From NCBI GenBank assembly GCA_965207065.1, contig OZ242260.1, positions 3,040,001 through 3,104,000 on the forward strand: DNA of 64,000 nucleotides, written 5' to 3'. Shown one piece after another: positions 48,406-57,166 of this stretch. The DNA comes from a bacterium (GTDB lineage Bacteria; UBA8248). Under the pieces are notes generated by a model. It worked only from the letters and a program-made list of their open reading frames with translations, had not been told where the DNA came from and did not search any database. The translations under genes were made by a program, and so were the position numbers. Position 1 is the first letter of the stretch, and every line of letters starts with the position of its first letter.

Positions 48406-49191
48406 ATGAATTCTTCTGAACTATTCGACGTAAGCGGACGCTCCGCGCTCATCACAGGCGCATCGGGCGCACTCGGCGCGGTGGCCGCGCGGACCCTGGC
48501 CGGGGCGGGCTGCCGCCTCACGCTGACCGCCGGCACCGCGGACGCGCTCGAAGCCGTCGCGGCCGAGTGCCGCGAACTCGGGGCCGAGGTCGCCACGGTG
48601 AACGCGCGCCCGGAATCAGAAGCCGCGGCCGACGCCATGGTGGAGAAAGCCGTCGAGACCCATGGCCGCCTCGACATTCTGGTGGTGGCGTCGGGCATCA
48701 ACAGGGTGGGGATGATCGAGGAGATGGCGCCCGATGCGTTCGCCGACGTGATGGACGCGAACGTCACGCAGTCCTGGCTATTGGCGCGCGCCGCGACGCG
48801 GCAGATGAAGGCGCAGGGCGAGGGGGGCAAGATAGTCCTCGTTTCCTCGACGCGCGGGATTCTCGGCCACCCGGCGGGCTATACCGCTTATTGCGCGTCG
48901 AAAGCGGCAGTGGACGGCATCACGAAGGCGCTGGCCTGCGAACTGGGGCCGACGGGCATCACCGTCAACGCGGTCGGGCCGACCGTCTTCCGCTCGGTGC
49001 TTACGGACTGGATGTTCACAGACGCGCCAAAGGCGGTGAAGACGCGCGAGAACATCGTGAGCCGGATCCCGAAGGGCAGGCTGGGCGAGCCCGAGGACCT
49101 GGCCGGGCCGCTCCTGTTCCTCGCGTCGCGGGCGTCTGACTTCTACACCGGCCACATCCTCTATGCCGACGGCGGCTACACCGCGGGGTAG
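48406..49191 (+). CDS. Short-chain dehydrogenase/reductase
   Basis: TGASGALG, YCASK, VNAVGP, DGGY. Confidence 0.9.
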   Translation: MNSSELFDVSGRSALITGASGALGAVAARTLAGAGCRLTLTAGTADALEAVAAECRELGAEVATVNARPESEAAADAMVEKAVETHGRLDILVVASGINRVGMIEEMAPDAFADVMDANVTQSWLLARAATRQMKAQGEGGKIVLVSSTRGILGHPAGYTAYCASKAAVDGITKALACELGPTGITVNAVGPTVFRSVLTDWMFTDAPKAVKTRENIVSRIPKGRLGEPEDLAGPLLFLASRASDFYTGHILYADGGYTAG

Positions 49192-49284
49192 GGCTATCCA
49201 GTCGACGGCAGGGATGGCGGCGGCGTTACATTTCGAGTACAAATTCCTGCGTAAACTTTCCTTGGTTCTCTTGGGGCGGGTGTT

Positions 49285-50703
49285 ATGACTGCGTATCTGC
49301 GCGCGGCGGCGAACGTTCTCGTGCATGTTCCCGATCTGGTCCGCTACGGCTCGAAGCCCTGGCGTGAGGCTGTAAGGAAGGAGCAGGCGCCGGGCGACTC
49401 GTTCAACGACCTGCGTTCTTTTGACGAGATAGTCGGCTACCCGCCGAACCAGACGTTCATCGGCAATCTACCGCCCGAAAAGCTGAATGAAACTCCAACT
49501 CCATGGCACGAGAATTCCCCCGCAGGCGCTTCGCCTGAGAGCCAATTCGGGGAAATCCTCCCCCAGGATGCTTTCTACGCCCTATTGGAAGCGGCGGATC
49601 AGTTCGGGTTGATCATGCTCGATGAGGAGCGCCGCCTTCCGGGCGTCATGGGTTCTGAATCCGCCGCCGCGCTTCTCGAAAAAGAAAATCCTCCGAAGGA
49701 TTACAAACAAGAAGACATTATTGAACGCATCGAGCGGGGAGAGGCCCTGCCGCTTTTTCAGGACGGGGACATGATCGGGTGCGTTCGCCGCGATCATGAC
49801 GCCGATGAGTCCCTGGACGCCCGCATTTTGCTGGAGAACCTCGCGGCCAAGGCCAGCGGCGCGTATGCGCTCAGCCGGCTTCTCGTGAGGGAGGGCATCG
49901 CGCCCGAACAGGTGGATTACGTCATCAGTTGTTCGGAAGAGGCGGTGGGAGATCGCTACAACCGCGGCGGGGGCAATCTCGCAAAGGCTATCGCCGAGAT
50001 GGCGGGCTGCGCCAATGCGGCCGGCGTGGACGTGAAGTCTTTCTGCGCGGCGCCGGTCTACGCGCTCGTTCACGCGGCGGCGCTGATTCAGGCGGGCGTC
50101 GTTGAGAACGCCGTCGTCGTGGGAGGCGGTTCGATGGCGAAGCTCGGTATGAAGGCGTATTTCCATCTGGAAAAGGGGATGCCCGTCCTAGAAGACGTAT
50201 TGGGCGGGGTGGCGTTCTTTCTCACGAAAAATTCGGACGACGGCCCACGGGTGAATCTTAAGATCGCCGGACGCCACGCGGCGGGAAAACCCTCCACGCC
50301 GCAAGGACTGGCCGAGGCGCTCGTGCGCGACCCGCTGGCCCGGGCCGGACGCAAGATAAGCAGTGTCGATAAGTACGCCGTCGAACTGCACAATCCGGAA
50401 ATCATGCTGCCCGCGGGGGCGGGAGACGTGGCGGCTGCGAATTACAAGATGCTGGCCGCCCTGGCGGTGATGGGCGGAGAAATCGCACGCGAGGAGATTC
50501 CGGATTTCATCGAGGCGCACGGAATGCCCGGATTCGCGCCCACGCAGGGGCACATTCCCGCAGGGGTTCCCTTTCTCGGACACGCCCTCGAGAGGATGCG
50601 GGCGGGAAGCCTTGCGAGTACAATGATCCTCGCCAAAGGGAGTTTGTTTCTGGGCCGGATGTCCCAGCAGGCCGACGGGGCTTCGGTGCTGATAGAAGCG
50701 TGA
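49285..50703 (+). CDS. grdC: Glycine/sarcosine/betaine reductase component C, GrdC-like subunit
   Basis: CSEEA.GD...[56 protein letters not shown]. Confidence 0.85.
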   Translation: MTAYLRAAANVLVHVPDLVRYGSKPWREAVRKEQAPGDSFNDLRSFDEIVGYPPNQTFIGNLPPEKLNETPTPWHENSPAGASPESQFGEILPQDAFYALLEAADQFGLIMLDEERRLPGVMGSESAAALLEKENPPKDYKQEDIIERIERGEALPLFQDGDMIGCVRRDHDADESLDARILLENLAAKASGAYALSRLLVREGIAPEQVDYVISCSEEAVGDRYNRGGGNLAKAIAEMAGCANAAGVDVKSFCAAPVYALVHAAALIQAGVVENAVVVGGGSMAKLGMKAYFHLEKGMPVLEDVLGGVAFFLTKNSDDGPRVNLKIAGRHAAGKPSTPQGLAEALVRDPLARAGRKISSVDKYAVELHNPEIMLPAGAGDVAAANYKMLAALAVMGGEIAREEIPDFIEAHGMPGFAPTQGHIPAGVPFLGHALERMRAGSLASTMILAKGSLFLGRMSQQADGASVLIEA

Positions 50704-50740
50704 TTCGTTCGTTTTTTTGCAGGCAAGTGGGAGGGGGTTC

Positions 50741-51193
50741 ATGTTCAATGGCAAGAAGGTGATCGCGCTGGGCGAGCGCGACGGCGTTCCCGGTCCGCTG
50801 ATCGCCGAGTGTATTGAGGCGGCGGGTGCGGAGGTCGTGTTCCAGAAGACGGAGTGCTTCGTCTGAACCTCCGCGGGCGCCATGGACCTGGAGAACCAGG
50901 CCGCCATCAAATCGATTGCCGATGAAGTCGGGTCGGAGAACCTGATGGTGGTGTTGGGAATGCCCGGTGAAGGCCTTCGGCTCGCCGTCGAAACGCTGAC
51001 CACCGGGGACCCAAGCTGGGCCGGGCCCCTGGCGGGAGTCTCGTTGGGACTCCCCGTTTTTCATATTCTGGAAGAGAAGGTGCGCGCCCAGGTTCCAGAG
51101 AATCTGTACGCCGATAAGCTCCTCATGATGGAAATGGTGCTCGATCTGGAGCAGATAGAAAGCGACCTGGCCTCTATGCGCGCGGCCGGGTAG
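50741..51193 (+). CDS. grdA: Reductase selenoprotein A (Sec at TGA 50864-50866)
   Basis: Read-through gives [25 protein letters not shown]...[17 protein letters not shown]...[23 protein letters not shown] (150 aa), the GrdA signature; N-terminal half absent from the ORF track. Confidence 0.92.
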
Positions 51194-51201
51194 GGGAGGC
51201 G

Positions 51202-52488
51202 ATGATGTCCATGCGACTGGAGATGGGGTTATTCCCCGTATCGAAAATCATCATCGGTGCGCGCTTCGAGTACAAAGAAGGTACGCTCACCGTTGACGCG
51301 GACGAGCTCCGTGAACTGGCGCTCGAAGACGGCGGCCTCAAGAACGTGCGCTTTGACGCCGCGGCGCCGGGCGATTCCGTGCGGATCACCAACGTGCTCG
51401 ATGCAGTGGAGCCTCTCTACAAGGTGAGCGGGCGCTCATGCGCATTTCCGGGGTTCCTGGGACCTGCGAAAACGGCCGGCCAGGGCCGCACCCACAAGCT
51501 GGCCGGGATGTGCGTGATCAGCACCACCCATTTCCTGGGGCCCATGACGGGCATCATGAGCTTTCGCGAGGGCATCATCGACATGTCCGGTCCCGGTGCG
51601 ATGCACTGCACGAATTCGGAGACTGCGAACCTCGTCGCCTGCTACGAGCCGCTGGATGGCGCCTCGAACGAAGCGCATGACGACGCCGTGCGCCTGGCGA
51701 CGCTGAAAGTAGCCTCCCGGCTGGCTGCGAACACGGCGGACCTCGAACCCGTGAGCGTCGAGACGTTCGAGATTGGAGATGTGGACCCTGAATTGCCCCG
51801 TGTGGTTTACGTCGATCAGGTCATGCACCAGGCGTCCATGGTCCAGACCTTCATGTACGGCAAGAACCTGGGCGATTCGCTGCCCACCCTCATTCACCCG
51901 AACGAGATGCTCGACGGCGCGGTCGTGGGGGCGAACTACAAGACGCAGCAGAAGGCGCCGACCTACCTCCACTGCAACAAGCCGCTCATATACGAGCTCT
52001 ACCGCCGCCACGGTGTGGACCTCAACTTCGCCGGCATGGTCATCACGCGGGGCCACCACGACAATCAGGCGCTCAAGGAGCGCTCGGCGCAATACGTGGC
52101 CAAGCTGGCCACGCTACTCAAGGCCGACGGCGCGGTGCTCGCCTTCGAGGGCGGCGGCAACTCCACGGTGGACTACTGGCTCACTGTCCAGGCGCTCGAG
52201 CAGATGGGCGTGAGCGCCGTCCCGATCATCTACGAGGTGGGCCGGCCGGGGTCGGGCGAGTTCCCGCTCGTCTTTCACGTGCCCGAGGCCGACGCCATCG
52301 TATCCAAGGGGATGCAGGGGGAGCGCATCGCCGCCCCGGCGGTGGAGCGGGTCATCGGCTCCGAAATCGTCGAATTCTACAACGGCAAGAGACACAACGT
52401 CCGCGAGGCCTTTACCCTGGCCGACAGCGACTACTACGCCAGCGAGTGGGCGAAGGACATCAACAACATGGTGGGCAAGGATTATTGA
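51202..52488 (+). CDS. grdE: Reductase component B alpha/beta subunit, GrdE/GrdI-like
   Basis: MRLE.G.F.V, PGDSVRI..V.D.VEP, GRTH.L.G, EGIIDMSGPGA, PTLIHPNE.LDGA, EGGGN; symbol marks the family, not the substrate. Confidence 0.8.
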   Translation: MMSMRLEMGLFPVSKIIIGARFEYKEGTLTVDADELRELALEDGGLKNVRFDAAAPGDSVRITNVLDAVEPLYKVSGRSCAFPGFLGPAKTAGQGRTHKLAGMCVISTTHFLGPMTGIMSFREGIIDMSGPGAMHCTNSETANLVACYEPLDGASNEAHDDAVRLATLKVASRLAANTADLEPVSVETFEIGDVDPELPRVVYVDQVMHQASMVQTFMYGKNLGDSLPTLIHPNEMLDGAVVGANYKTQQKAPTYLHCNKPLIYELYRRHGVDLNFAGMVITRGHHDNQALKERSAQYVAKLATLLKADGAVLAFEGGGNSTVDYWLTVQALEQMGVSAVPIIYEVGRPGSGEFPLVFHVPEADAIVSKGMQGERIAAPAVERVIGSEIVEFYNGKRHNVREAFTLADSDYYASEWAKDINNMVGKDY

Positions 52489-52493
52489 GGTCG

Positions 52494-52920
52494 GGGGCCT
52501 GTGAAGGAGATATTCGCCCCAAATGGTGTTCGCCATGGGACAGAACATGCCGAAGGCCGAGCGTGAGAAGGTGGAAGTCCAGAAATCGTTGACATAGAAA
52601 CCAAAGATAGTGTAAAAAATACGAAAATAAACAATTCAAGGTCTATATGTTAGAAACGACCGACAAGGGTATTTTGCAAGGGTTCATTCAAGATCAAGTT
52701 TAGGGTGGGGACGGGGTGTAAATGAGAGAGCATATTCCAAGACAGAATATGCGCGGATAGTATGAGACCTATAACAAAATGAGCTGCAAAATTTGAGCCG
52801 TTACATGGCAGAATATTCAGGCTGTCAAATTCTTCGGCCTATGGACACCATCGACCAAATGATTCCATGGTTTTGGGAATTAGCAGCAAGAGGCTCCTCT
52901 ACAAAGACTTGATTTCATAA
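52494..52920 (+). pseudogene. Decayed IS1595-family (ISXO2-like) transposase
   Basis: Fragments NMPKAEREK, TTDKGILQGFIQDQV*GGDGV*, TYNKMS, LSRYMAEYSG, MDTIDQM and KRLLYKDLIS, separated by stops and frameshifts, in the order of the IS1595 transposase C-terminal half. Confidence 0.7.
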
Positions 52921-52987
52921 TATTATCTGGCCGAAACTAAAGAGGTTAGAGGTTGGTGTAGATTCATATCAGAGAGGACTAAGAAAT

Positions 52988-53731
52988 ATGGCTAGGCCGG
53001 AGCAAATACCCACTGACCTTACCATTGACCTAGGGGACGACTTGTCTCCCAGCGAATTTATTTCAGCAATTCGCAATTTCTTAGGTTATGTCGCCGAGAT
53101 TACCGATTCGCAAAAAGGCGATGGAGCTGACATTACATGGATTGTACGCGTTCACGAAGGCAGTGCATTGGTTGGAGTAGAACCGGATCCATCTGCGCCA
53201 AAATCTAGGCTGGCAATGATCTATAAGAAGGCAAAACATGGACCAATAGCACTAGCTAACGGCAACGTTGAGGATGCGGGTTTATCTGAAAAGGCGATAG
53301 ACCACTTGAAGAACCTATCTAACTTGGTTGGAAAGCATCAGAATGGCAAGGGTGTGAATCTTTGGGTTGAGAAGAAACCGATAAACATAAGCTCTGGAAT
53401 CGCGAAAGTTATCAGAGAGGATTGGAGAAGCGATTATTACGACTTTGGTACAGTTGAAGGCAGGTTGGAGGCCATTCTAGACGCGGCCGGGGGATTAAAG
53501 ATTAGAGTCAAAGACTTCCTCTATCCGCGAGCAATTAATTGTGTTGTACCAGAGAGTTTGATCAACAAAGTACTTGACAACTTCCGGCGTCGCGTCGAGA
53601 TCGAGGGGCGTATTCACTATCGTCGTAACGGCACTCCAATAAGTATTGCAGTCGAAGCGATCCAGAAATTACCGGAAGACGATGAATTGCCTACAGCGGA
53701 TGATGTTCGCGGGATAATGGCAGGCACATAA
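52988..53731 (+). CDS. Hypothetical protein, partner of the PIN nuclease (possible C-terminal OB-like beta domain)
   Basis: Intact 247-aa low-GC ORF with GAGG RBS; stop overlaps the next start (TAATG). Confidence 0.75.
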   Translation: MARPEQIPTDLTIDLGDDLSPSEFISAIRNFLGYVAEITDSQKGDGADITWIVRVHEGSALVGVEPDPSAPKSRLAMIYKKAKHGPIALANGNVEDAGLSEKAIDHLKNLSNLVGKHQNGKGVNLWVEKKPINISSGIAKVIREDWRSDYYDFGTVEGRLEAILDAAGGLKIRVKDFLYPRAINCVVPESLINKVLDNFRRRVEIEGRIHYRRNGTPISIAVEAIQKLPEDDELPTADDVRGIMAGT

Positions 53732-54210
53732 TGGTGGAAAAGATTTATTGGGACAGTGATTGCTTTCTTGGCCACTTTCAAAACGAAGAAGGGAAAGTCG
53801 AGAAATGCGACGGAGTATTGCAAAGGGCTGACAGAGGAGACGTGATTATTGTCACATCGACTCTTACGATTGCCGAAGTCTTGTGGATGCGTGGTGCTCC
53901 ACGGATCACGAAGGACAAGGCTGAGATAGTTCAAAAATTCTTCCGACGTAGCTACATACGTGTTTACAACGTTACGAGGAAAATCGCTGAGTCGGCACAA
54001 GACCTCGTTTGGGACCACTCCATCAAACCAAAAGATGCCATTCATGTGGCGACAGCTATTAATCTCACCGTAGATGTACTTGAAACCTTTGACGAGGACC
54101 TAATTGGAAAGAGCGGTACTGTTGGCACGCCGCTCCTTCTAATCAGAGAACCGCAACCATCAGAACAAGGTAGGCTTAATTTCCCAAGGCCGGGAGAAAC
54201 GCCAACTTGA
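53731..54210 (+). CDS. PIN-domain (VapC-like) nuclease
   Basis: YWDSDCFL, STLTIAEV, KPKDAIHVATA and ETFDEDL supply the four PIN acidic residues. Confidence 0.85.
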   Translation: MVEKIYWDSDCFLGHFQNEEGKVEKCDGVLQRADRGDVIIVTSTLTIAEVLWMRGAPRITKDKAEIVQKFFRRSYIRVYNVTRKIAESAQDLVWDHSIKPKDAIHVATAINLTVDVLETFDEDLIGKSGTVGTPLLLIREPQPSEQGRLNFPRPGETPT

Positions 54211-54369
54211 GCCAGGAAAAAGAAAATGACCGAAAAGAAGCTCAAGGGTCATCCAGTCAATAATTATATGCCTCCTCAGATACAGGACACCCCCGATAAC
54301 GTTGCCCGCTAGCTCAGAAATGATTCGCCGAAAAAGCAGTTGAGCTATCCTAATAATCCCGTTAGATAA

Positions 54370-54934
54370 GGCCGTTGAATAAGTCCTCCTCGGTCGGAAG
54401 AATTCCTTCTTCCCCAGACGGATTTCGCCACCGCCGTCATTCCGGCGAAAGCCGGAATCCAGGGACTTTGCTTTTGAATTTGTCTATTCGCTTTATCGTT
54501 TTTCATGGTCATCCTGCGATTCGATATCCTAGTCTGTTCTGGATTCCGGCTTTCGCCGGAATGACGAGCAAAATCGTATTCGCTCGTAGCCGGACGCGTC
54601 CCTTCGCATGTCCGGGGTTCGCGAACTGTGGGACAACCCCGAGGAGGGGTTGTCACTACAATCCCATCACGTCAAACGCTCGTTCATCAATCGCGTCAGG
54701 CCCTCTCTCTCCGGCAGTGTCGAACCTTCATTCAGGGCTTTTTCAACATCCCATCCTTGGTCGGCTCTGACACCGGAATGACGAACAAAGCCGCTAGGGG
54801 TGTAGGGACAGGCCCCCGTGCCTGTCCGATGTCCTGTTCTGCAAGGGACAACCACAGGGGATTGTCCCTACTGCCTCCCTCCTTGGTCGACTTCATATGC
54901 CGGATCGCGAAACCAGGACTTTTTCAACAACCCC
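54370..54934. repeat. Composite of MITE-like ends, a perfect 28-bp inverted repeat and GTAG-REP pairs
   Basis: GGCCGTTGAATAAGTCC ... GGACTTTTTCAACAACCCC; CGTCATTCCGGCGAAAGCCGGAATCCAG at 54435-54462 with exact reverse complement at 54539-54566; REP pairs at about 54586-54660 and 54802-54871. Confidence 0.75.
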
Positions 54935-55010
54935 GGGTAAGACGGCTTGGATAAAATCGTATATAATTCCAAAATATTTGTTTGAATGAATTCATACAGG
55001 AGGCCAGGCC

Positions 55011-56327
55011 ATGAGCGGTAAACTTCGGGTCGTTCACTACTTGAACCAGTTCTTCGCAGGTCTAGGGGGCGAGGAGAAAAGCGACTATCCCGTATCCGCC
55101 CGGACAGGCCCGGTCGGCCCCGGCGTGTTGCTCGACAAGATCCTGGGTGAAGATGCCGAAGTCGTCGCCACGGTCTTTGCGGGGGATGGCCTTTTCGCCG
55201 AAAACGAGGAAACTTGCGCCGCAGAGGCCATCGCGCGGATCAAGGAGTATTCTCCCGATCTCGTTCTCGCAGGCCCCGCCTTTAACGCCGGGCGCTTCGG
55301 GCTGGCCTGCGCCGCCGTCTGCCGCGCAGCGCAGGAAGCGGGGGTTTCAGCAATTACCGCCATGCACCCCGAGAATCCGGGCTTTCCCGCTGCGGGCGCG
55401 AGCGTTCACACCGTCCCCGCCGCAGATTCCGCCGTCGGGATGGAGGAAGCCCTGGAAGCCGCCGCCCGCCTGGGACTCAAACTCGCCCGGGGCGAGGAGA
55501 TCGGCAATGCGGCCGAGGAGGGCTACCTGCCGCGCGGGGTCCGCTACAACGAAGTCGCCGAGCTACCGACATCACGCCGCGCCGTCGACATGGTGTTACG
55601 GAAAATCAAGGGCGAGCCCTACGAGACGGAACTCGACGTTCCTGTCCTTGAAGAGATAGCGCCGCCCGAGGCGATCGCCGATCTCAAAAAAGCGCGCATC
55701 GCCATCGTATCCGAAGGCGGCATGGTGCCCCCCGGCAACCCGGACCGCTTCGCCGGTTCGAGAAACGAGAACTGGGCCACGTATTCCTTCGAAGGGAAAG
55801 ACGCGCTGCCGGGCGGGACGTTCATCTCGATTCACGGGGGCTTCAACACCGTGTTCGTGAACGAGGAGCCGGACCGCATGCTCGCCGTGGACGCCTTCCG
55901 GCGGCTTGCGGAGGAGGGCGAGATCGCCGAACTCCACGATGATTTCCACAGCACCTGCGGGAACGGCGGCGCCTTCAAGGAGATGGACGGCATCGGCCGC
56001 GCCTGGGCCGCGGAGCTCAAAAAGACAGGCGTGGAGGGCGTCGTCCTCCCCGCCACGTGAGGGACCGGCACGCGCAGCGGGGCTGCGCTGGCGAGAGCGC
56101 TCGAGCGGGAGGGCATCCCCACCGTCATCGTCACCTGCCTGCCCGACGTGGCGCGCGACATCGGGGTCAACCGCATCGTCAACAACCGCGCCGGGCATTT
56201 CCACCACCCATTCGGCGACCCCTCCCGGACGCCTGAGGCCGAGCGCGAATGGCGCCTGGGCGCCGCCCGCGCCGCCGCCGCCGCGCTCACCGAAAAAGTG
56301 GACGGCCCCACGGTGTTCGAGTACTAG
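55011..56327 (+). CDS. grdB: Reductase selenoprotein B (Sec at TGA 56058-56060), variant active site
   Basis: RVVHYLNQFFAGLGGEE, AGPAFNAGRFG, EGYLPRGVR, GG.VP.GNPD, HGGF; read-through adds 88 aa (U-GTGTRSGAALARALEREGIP...NRIV...HPFGDP...PTVFEY), 438 aa in total. Confidence 0.9.
56072..56088 (+). promoter_or_regulatory. Putative bacterial SECIS hairpin
   Basis: GCGCAGC-GGG-GCTGCGC, a 17-nt hairpin beginning 11 nt after the in-frame TGA. Confidence 0.6.
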
Positions 56328-57166
56328 AAGGGGAAACGTCACGCCTCTCCGCCCGTTTCGCCTGGGGCGGGGCATGGCGCGCCTCGCGCCGCGCGTAAAT
56401 GAGAAAATCCCTCGCGCGCGCATTTCCCCGCATTTGGCGTACTCCCTGAAACCACGGGTTCCGGTATCTTGCGCGCTGCGCGGGAGAGCAGATTCCTGCT
56501 TCCCGGGCGGTCGATTTCATTTACCCCGGTCGGAATCGGGACACGGGAGCGGAGGCTTTCTCAAGGAATCAGGCGAAGGGGCGAGAGCGAAAACGGGGAA
56601 CCTATCCGCAGGCCGTCAATTCCTTCCTCATGGGCCGGAATCGACGCTCGCTTCTCACTCGCGTCAGTCGCTCCCGCATGGGCCGGAATCGACCGCAGTT
56701 CATCGCCGGGGTTCGGCCGCCGCGAGGAGTGGAACGGCGCTCATGGATACAAGGACGGCGGGTGAAATGAAAATAATCATATTTCCCGTAAATATAGATA
56801 AATTCACGGGGTTTTTCGATAAATACCCGGAAACGAACGAGCAGGGTACAAGGGAAAAAATCGATATGATTTCAGATGGTTATGGAGATATCATAAAGAG
56901 GATAATGAATATTCTATCGAGATTTGCCAAACAAAAAAAAGCTATTCGCCTCCCCCGCATCTGCCCGCAACCGCCCGCATTTCCTCTCGCACCGGATCAC
57001 ATCAGCAAGCTCTCCCTCCCCGGTCGGGTTTGACCCCCGCATTTTCCGCAACTGTCCGCATTTCCCCTCCCGAAGCGCCGCCGCTCCCCCTGCGCCCTGT
57101 GGCCTCAGAGGAAGCGGGTGGTGTATAACGTGGCCGGTATTTGAGCGACATCCTCTGGAGGCGGTG

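Noticed and set aside
52479-52491. GGATTATT match to the reverse complement of AATAATCC near 54352 as IS1595 terminal repeats
   Set aside because: Only 8 bp, and the left copy is the natural grdE C-terminus and stop codon; element ends left undefined
56614-56695. CRISPR mini-array (repeat loosely resembles type I-E repeats)
   Set aside because: Only two degenerate copies, a 48-nt period too short for repeat plus spacer, and no cas genes in the window
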